Positions 59,508 to 64,000 of a stretch of DNA of 64,000 nt are shown one piece after another; the stretch's first letter is position 1, and each line of letters begins with the position of its first letter. This DNA is from Candidatus Poribacteria bacterium (GTDB lineage: Bacteria; Poribacteria; WGA-4E; PCPOR2b): assembly GCA_965116925.1 (NCBI GenBank), contig OZ220744.1, forward strand, positions 2,528,001 through 2,592,000, given 5' to 3'. Made by a program: the position numbers and the translations under genes. Under the pieces are notes generated by a model. That model saw nothing but the letters and a program-made list of their open reading frames with translations. It did no database searches and had not been told where the DNA came from.

Positions 59508-61097
59508 ATGGCTGAACAACGGGAGAAGATTCTGGCACGCGGCAGTTATTTTCCCGGCGACTGGGTGCGTCCACGGTACAACCCCGGTACATGGATGGCG
59601 ATGGTGGATCTGGCAGAGATTTTCACGGGTCACCGCAGCATAACCAGTCAAGGGAATTATGAGATGTTCGATGCCCCCATTGGCGTGGATTTGCGGGTGG
59701 AAGCGGCAGACAAGTCTGAACCGTTTCTAACGCCTGAAAAGGAGTGGGAAACTGAGGAGGTTGCCTACCCCGGCTATATCTGGCATGAAGATGGCCGGCT
59801 CCGCATGCTGTACAATGTTGGGGAAAGGACCTGTCTCGCCCTCAGTGATGATGGTTACAACTGGGAGCGACCGGTGCTGGGACTGACTGAGTTTAACGGT
59901 TCGACGGACAACAACATCCTCAAGACATCGTTGCTGGCGAGTGTCTTTGAAGATCCGTCCGCACCGCCCGAAGAGCGGTACAAAGCGTTGGAGGCAAAGG
60001 GGTTTTGGCTTGACCGTGAGACCGGTGAGGAGGTCGATGGCGATGAAGCGGACAGATGTTGGCGTGCGGAGCATTATGAGGGTCGCTCCTATTCCGGGCG
60101 CAAGGTGGTTCTGAAGGGACAGCTGCTTGGCTTGACCTCACCGGATCGCCTGACTTGGACGCATCTGCCTGAGCCGCTCGCCAACTACTCGGTGAACGGT
60201 GGGATTTGCCCCGGTTACGACGTACACAACGGTGTCTACTATGCGTACATACAGCCCCAAGGAGTTGCCCCGGAAGAGCCGCAAGCCTTGGGAGCCAGTA
60301 TGCCTGAGACCGAGGTGTTTCGCCGTGCGATAGGACTGACACGGACAAAGGACTTCCGCAAGTGGCCCGCGGCAAAGTTGTTGATTTATCCTGATGCACA
60401 GGATCCTTTGGATATATCGTTTTATGGGGCGTGCTACTTCCCCTATCCGGGGCGGGATGAGCTCCATGCGATGGTCATTCCAGTATTCCATAACGCTACC
60501 GATCATGTGGACTTGCAGCTTGCGTTCAGTCGTGACGGTCTGATTTGGACACGCCCGGAACGTCGCGCGGTTGCTGAGTTGGGACCCACAGGGAGTGGAG
60601 AAGAGGGTCAGATCCATGTCTGGCGCAACGGGTTGGTAGAGCTTCCCGATGGTAATTGGGCGGTGCCTTACCATGCGCGCTCGACGCTACACACTGTTAA
60701 GGAGCAGTATCAGGCGGCACTCTTTCCGGAGATGCAGTCATCCCAGAATAGGTGGGCACGCTGGCGTCCGCATCGGCTCTGTGGTGTTGAGGCGGAAACC
60801 GAAGGGCGATTCACGATTCCCACGGTGTTTCGACAGGGGGATGAATTGCGCCTGAATTACCGCTGTGCGCCGGGTGGATGGATCCGTGTTGAATTGATGG
60901 CGAGGATACCGACCATGCAGTGCCCAGATGCGAACCCCCTTGAAGGGTTCACTTTTGAGATGTGCGATCCCCTGACAGGCGATCAGGAGGATCAGGTTGT
61001 CACTTGGCAGGGCAGCAGTGATATCACCGATGTCGGTGAGATGCTCGCTATTCGTGTGGAGATGTTTCAGGCGAAATTGTTCGCCTATAAGGTTTGA
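59508..61097 (+). CDS. Hypothetical glycoside hydrolase-like beta-propeller protein
   Basis: S.DG..W repeats (SDDGYNW, SPDRLTW, SRDGLIW), W.RP.LG..EF.GS..NN, LRLN C-terminal sandwich. Confidence 0.6.
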   Translation: MAEQREKILARGSYFPGDWVRPRYNPGTWMAMVDLAEIFTGHRSITSQGNYEMFDAPIGVDLRVEAADKSEPFLTPEKEWETEEVAYPGYIWHEDGRLRMLYNVGERTCLALSDDGYNWERPVLGLTEFNGSTDNNILKTSLLASVFEDPSAPPEERYKALEAKGFWLDRETGEEVDGDEADRCWRAEHYEGRSYSGRKVVLKGQLLGLTSPDRLTWTHLPEPLANYSVNGGICPGYDVHNGVYYAYIQPQGVAPEEPQALGASMPETEVFRRAIGLTRTKDFRKWPAAKLLIYPDAQDPLDISFYGACYFPYPGRDELHAMVIPVFHNATDHVDLQLAFSRDGLIWTRPERRAVAELGPTGSGEEGQIHVWRNGLVELPDGNWAVPYHARSTLHTVKEQYQAALFPEMQSSQNRWARWRPHRLCGVEAETEGRFTIPTVFRQGDELRLNYRCAPGGWIRVELMARIPTMQCPDANPLEGFTFEMCDPLTGDQEDQVVTWQGSSDITDVGEMLAIRVEMFQAKLFAYKV

Positions 61098-61182
61098 GGT
61101 TCATGTCAGAACAGAAGCGTGAAACGTGAAATTGGTGAACGGCACGCGGAGCGTGCCTATTACTTTGGTTTAGGAGGGATAT

Positions 61183-62148
61183 GTGAAAGCTGCACAAATT
61201 GTTGCTCCCCGTCAGATTGAGATGATCGATATTGATAAGCCTGATATTTCATCTGACCCGGCGGGAGCTATACTGATAAAGAATCAAATGAACGCTATTT
61301 GCGGCACGGATATGCCGTCGTTTGTGCTTGAACAGCCAGCCGATGCCTATCCGCTGTCGCCCGGAATGACTATCCACGAATGTATCGGAGTAGTGGCTGC
61401 GAGTAAATCAGATCGGTTTAAGGAAGGAGACGCGGTGCTTGCGCTGCCGGGGCGTCCCGGTGGCCTTTCGGAATACTTTGTTGCCCACGAAGGCGTTACT
61501 GTCCCGTTGGTGGAATTTAAACGCAAGGATTGTATCCTGATGTCTCAGCCGCTCGGCACGGTGATTTGGGCGTGTAGCAAGTTAGGGAATCTACTCAATC
61601 AGGATGTCGTGGTGATGGGACAGGGACCGATGGGATTGCTGTTTACGCACTTGTTGAGCAACCTGGGTGCGAAGACGGTTATTGCGACGGATCTCGTGGA
61701 CTTCCGCTTGGAAGCAGCAAAACAGATGCAAGCGACGCATACGATTAATGCCGCTGAGGTGGATACGGTCGCTGCTGTTGAGGGGATCACGGACGGTCGG
61801 ATGGCGGATCTGGTCGTTGAGGTGGTAGGACATCAGACGGAGACGATCAATCAGTGTATGGATCTTGTCAAGCGGGACGGGACGATTCTGGCGTTCGGTG
61901 TGCCTGATGACCCGACCTACCCTTTCGGTTTCGGTAACTTTTTTAGGAAGAATATCCGCTTCATTGGATCAGTGGGTCCCGATGCTCAGAATAATTTTCC
62001 GTTGGCGATGGATATGATCGCGCAGGGACGGATAGATGTTTCACCAATGATTACCCACCGTCTGCCGTTTATGGAGGTGCAGCGCGGGTTTGAGTTGTCT
62101 TTGTATAAGAAGGATGAGGCAATCAAGATCGTGTTAGAGTATGATTGA
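61183..62148 (+). CDS. Zinc-binding medium-chain dehydrogenase
   Basis: ICGTD, HE, GQGPMG, MITHR..F. Confidence 0.85.
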   Translation: MKAAQIVAPRQIEMIDIDKPDISSDPAGAILIKNQMNAICGTDMPSFVLEQPADAYPLSPGMTIHECIGVVAASKSDRFKEGDAVLALPGRPGGLSEYFVAHEGVTVPLVEFKRKDCILMSQPLGTVIWACSKLGNLLNQDVVVMGQGPMGLLFTHLLSNLGAKTVIATDLVDFRLEAAKQMQATHTINAAEVDTVAAVEGITDGRMADLVVEVVGHQTETINQCMDLVKRDGTILAFGVPDDPTYPFGFGNFFRKNIRFIGSVGPDAQNNFPLAMDMIAQGRIDVSPMITHRLPFMEVQRGFELSLYKKDEAIKIVLEYD

Positions 62149-62259
62149 TAGAGCCCTCGCCTAAGCCCGCACAAGATTAATCAGCCCCAGAGAGCCGCGT
62201 TTTATACACCTGTCACCTCTCTGGGGCTTTTTTTATTCGTAGATTGAAAGGCATAGCCG

Positions 62260-63219
62260 ATGCAACAGAGAGACACGCTCGCACATTTGATTTTAATCAG
62301 CGTTGTAGTTTTGGGTCTAACGCTGCTGATGGTAGTCGTTGCGGCACAGGCACAGATTGCTTTCGTGTCTGATAGGAACGGGAACAGTGAGATCTATGTG
62401 ATGGATGCCGACGGAGATAATCAGCGCAGACTCACGAAGAATCGTCATGATGACTTTTCACCGTCATGGTCGCCTGACGGCAAGCGCATCGCCTTTGTTT
62501 CCGTTAGGGCTGAGAACCCGGAAATCTACGTGATGAACGCTAATGGGGGCCACCCTAAAAACCTCACCAATAATCGCCACGATGACTTTTCACCGTCATG
62601 GTCACCCGACGGTAAGCACATCGCTTTTGCCTCTAAGCGGAATGGGAACGGTGAAATCTACGTGATGGATGCCGATGGGGGTAATCCGCGAAACCTCTCC
62701 AACAATCCCGTTAATGATAAGGATCCCTCTTGGTCGCCTGACGGCAAACGGATAGCCTTTGTTTCCGTTAGGGATGGGGTCGAAATCTACGTGATGGATG
62801 CCGATGGGGGTAATCAGCGAAACCTTACCAATAATGGCTTTCATGACGAAAATCCGTCTTGGTCACCCGACGGTAAGCACATCGCCTTTGATTCCGTCAG
62901 GGGTGGAGGCTTGGACATCTATGTGATGGATGCCGATGGAGGTAATCAGCGAAAAATCTCTGACAATCCTTTTAAGGATACGAATCCGTCCTGGTCTCCC
63001 GACAGTAAGCACATCATCTTTGCTTCTAGCGAGGGTAGGAACTTTAGGGGCAGGGACTATGAAATCTACGTGATGGATGCCGATGGGGGTAATCAGCGGA
63101 ACCTCACCAATAATCGCAGCCATGACACGGATCCTACATGGTTTGGACCTGTTCTTTCAGTCGCTCCCGCTGCGAAGAGGCTCACGATATGGGGGAGGCT
63201 GAAACAGGTCGGGCAATAA
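62260..63219 (+). CDS. Secreted TolB-like PD40-repeat protein
   Basis: Repeated EIYVMDADG...PSWSPDG..IAF; C-terminal [17 protein letters not shown] tail. Confidence 0.9.
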   Translation: MQQRDTLAHLILISVVVLGLTLLMVVVAAQAQIAFVSDRNGNSEIYVMDADGDNQRRLTKNRHDDFSPSWSPDGKRIAFVSVRAENPEIYVMNANGGHPKNLTNNRHDDFSPSWSPDGKHIAFASKRNGNGEIYVMDADGGNPRNLSNNPVNDKDPSWSPDGKRIAFVSVRDGVEIYVMDADGGNQRNLTNNGFHDENPSWSPDGKHIAFDSVRGGGLDIYVMDADGGNQRKISDNPFKDTNPSWSPDSKHIIFASSEGRNFRGRDYEIYVMDADGGNQRNLTNNRSHDTDPTWFGPVLSVAPAAKRLTIWGRLKQVGQ

Positions 63220-63286
63220 CTTCGATTCTTGAGAGAACGGTGTTTAAGGATAGGCAACCGATTTGAAAACGGAGGAGGAAAGACAG

Positions 63287-64000
63287 ATGCAACGGAGATA
63301 CAGTTTAGAATATTTGATTTTAGCTGTCGTTGTAGTGTTGAGTCTGACGTTTCTGATGGTATGTGTTGAGGTACAGGCACAGATTGCCTTTGTGTCTAAT
63401 AGGGATGGATCCTCGGAAATCTACGTGATGGACAGCGATGGTGGTGATCCGCGAAGAATCTTTGACAACCACTTGGTTGAAGAGAACCCCTCATGGTCTC
63501 CGAACGGTAAACGGATTGCCTTTACTTCTAGGGAACTGGACGTTAGGGTTGGGAATCGGCAAATCCACGTTATAGATGCCAGCGGGGGCAATCAGCGAAA
63601 CCTTTCTAATAATGACTTTGACGACTGGAACCCCTCATGGTCGCCTGACGGCAAACGGATTGCCTTCGTGTCTGATAGGGAGGGAAAATGGGACATCTAT
63701 GTGATGGACGCCGATGGGAGTAATCCGCGAAACCTCACCAATAATGCTGGCAGTCGCAACGATAACCCCTCATGGTCGCCTGACAGTAAACGCATCGTCT
63801 TTGTTTCCATTAGGGAGGGGAACATGGATCTCTACGTAATGGACGCCGATGGCAGCAATCCGCGAAACCTCACCAATAATGACCGTCGTGATGAGGATCC
63901 CTCATGGTCTCCGGACGGTAAGCGAATTGCTTTTACTTCCGTCGGGAACGGGGCGCGTAGAAACTGGGACATCTACGTGATAGACGCTGATGGGCAGAAT
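63287..64000 (+). CDS. Second TolB-like PD40-repeat protein, running off the window
   Basis: ATG after GGAGGAGG; MQRRYSLEYLILAV...[27 protein letters not shown] repeats continue to the edge. Confidence 0.88.
   Translation, partial: MQRRYSLEYLILAVVVVLSLTFLMVCVEVQAQIAFVSNRDGSSEIYVMDSDGGDPRRIFDNHLVEENPSWSPNGKRIAFTSRELDVRVGNRQIHVIDASGGNQRNLSNNDFDDWNPSWSPDGKRIAFVSDREGKWDIYVMDADGSNPRNLTNNAGSRNDNPSWSPDSKRIVFVSIREGNMDLYVMDADGSNPRNLTNNDRRDEDPSWSPDGKRIAFTSVGNGARRNWDIYVIDADGQN

Overview
Bacterial genomic window; the gene repertoire (multi-module LRR, TolB/PD40, cohesin/spondin proteins with PNPFNPETWIPY...RKMLILK or V.P..K..TWG.LK C-terminal tails, sulfatase, PhyH, DUF6785-like transporter) suggests Candidatus Poribacteria (inference). 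It holds about 45 genes, mostly scattered metabolic or secreted-protein genes, separated by intergenic regions packed with GTAG-type REP palindromes, Correia-like TATAGTG-ended MITEs and short-period repeats. Main points of interest: (1) a helicase-less type ISP-like restriction-modification gene followed by two repeated 'hicB + copy of the RM gene 3' tail' units, each preceding a different AT-rich accessory gene, resembling a cassette array; (2) a ~400 bp protein-less IS200/IS605-type element with both end hairpins, a consensus sigma70 promoter and a TnpB omega-RNA-like scaffold; (3) a selenocysteine formate dehydrogenase split in the ORF track at an in-frame UGA followed by a SECIS; (4) a DUF2089 + three DUF4097 cluster in which one paralog has a histidine ladder; (5) an IS3 element with a GAT target duplication. 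No rRNA, tRNA or CRISPR array was seen. All family assignments are from motif recognition by eye, not database searches.
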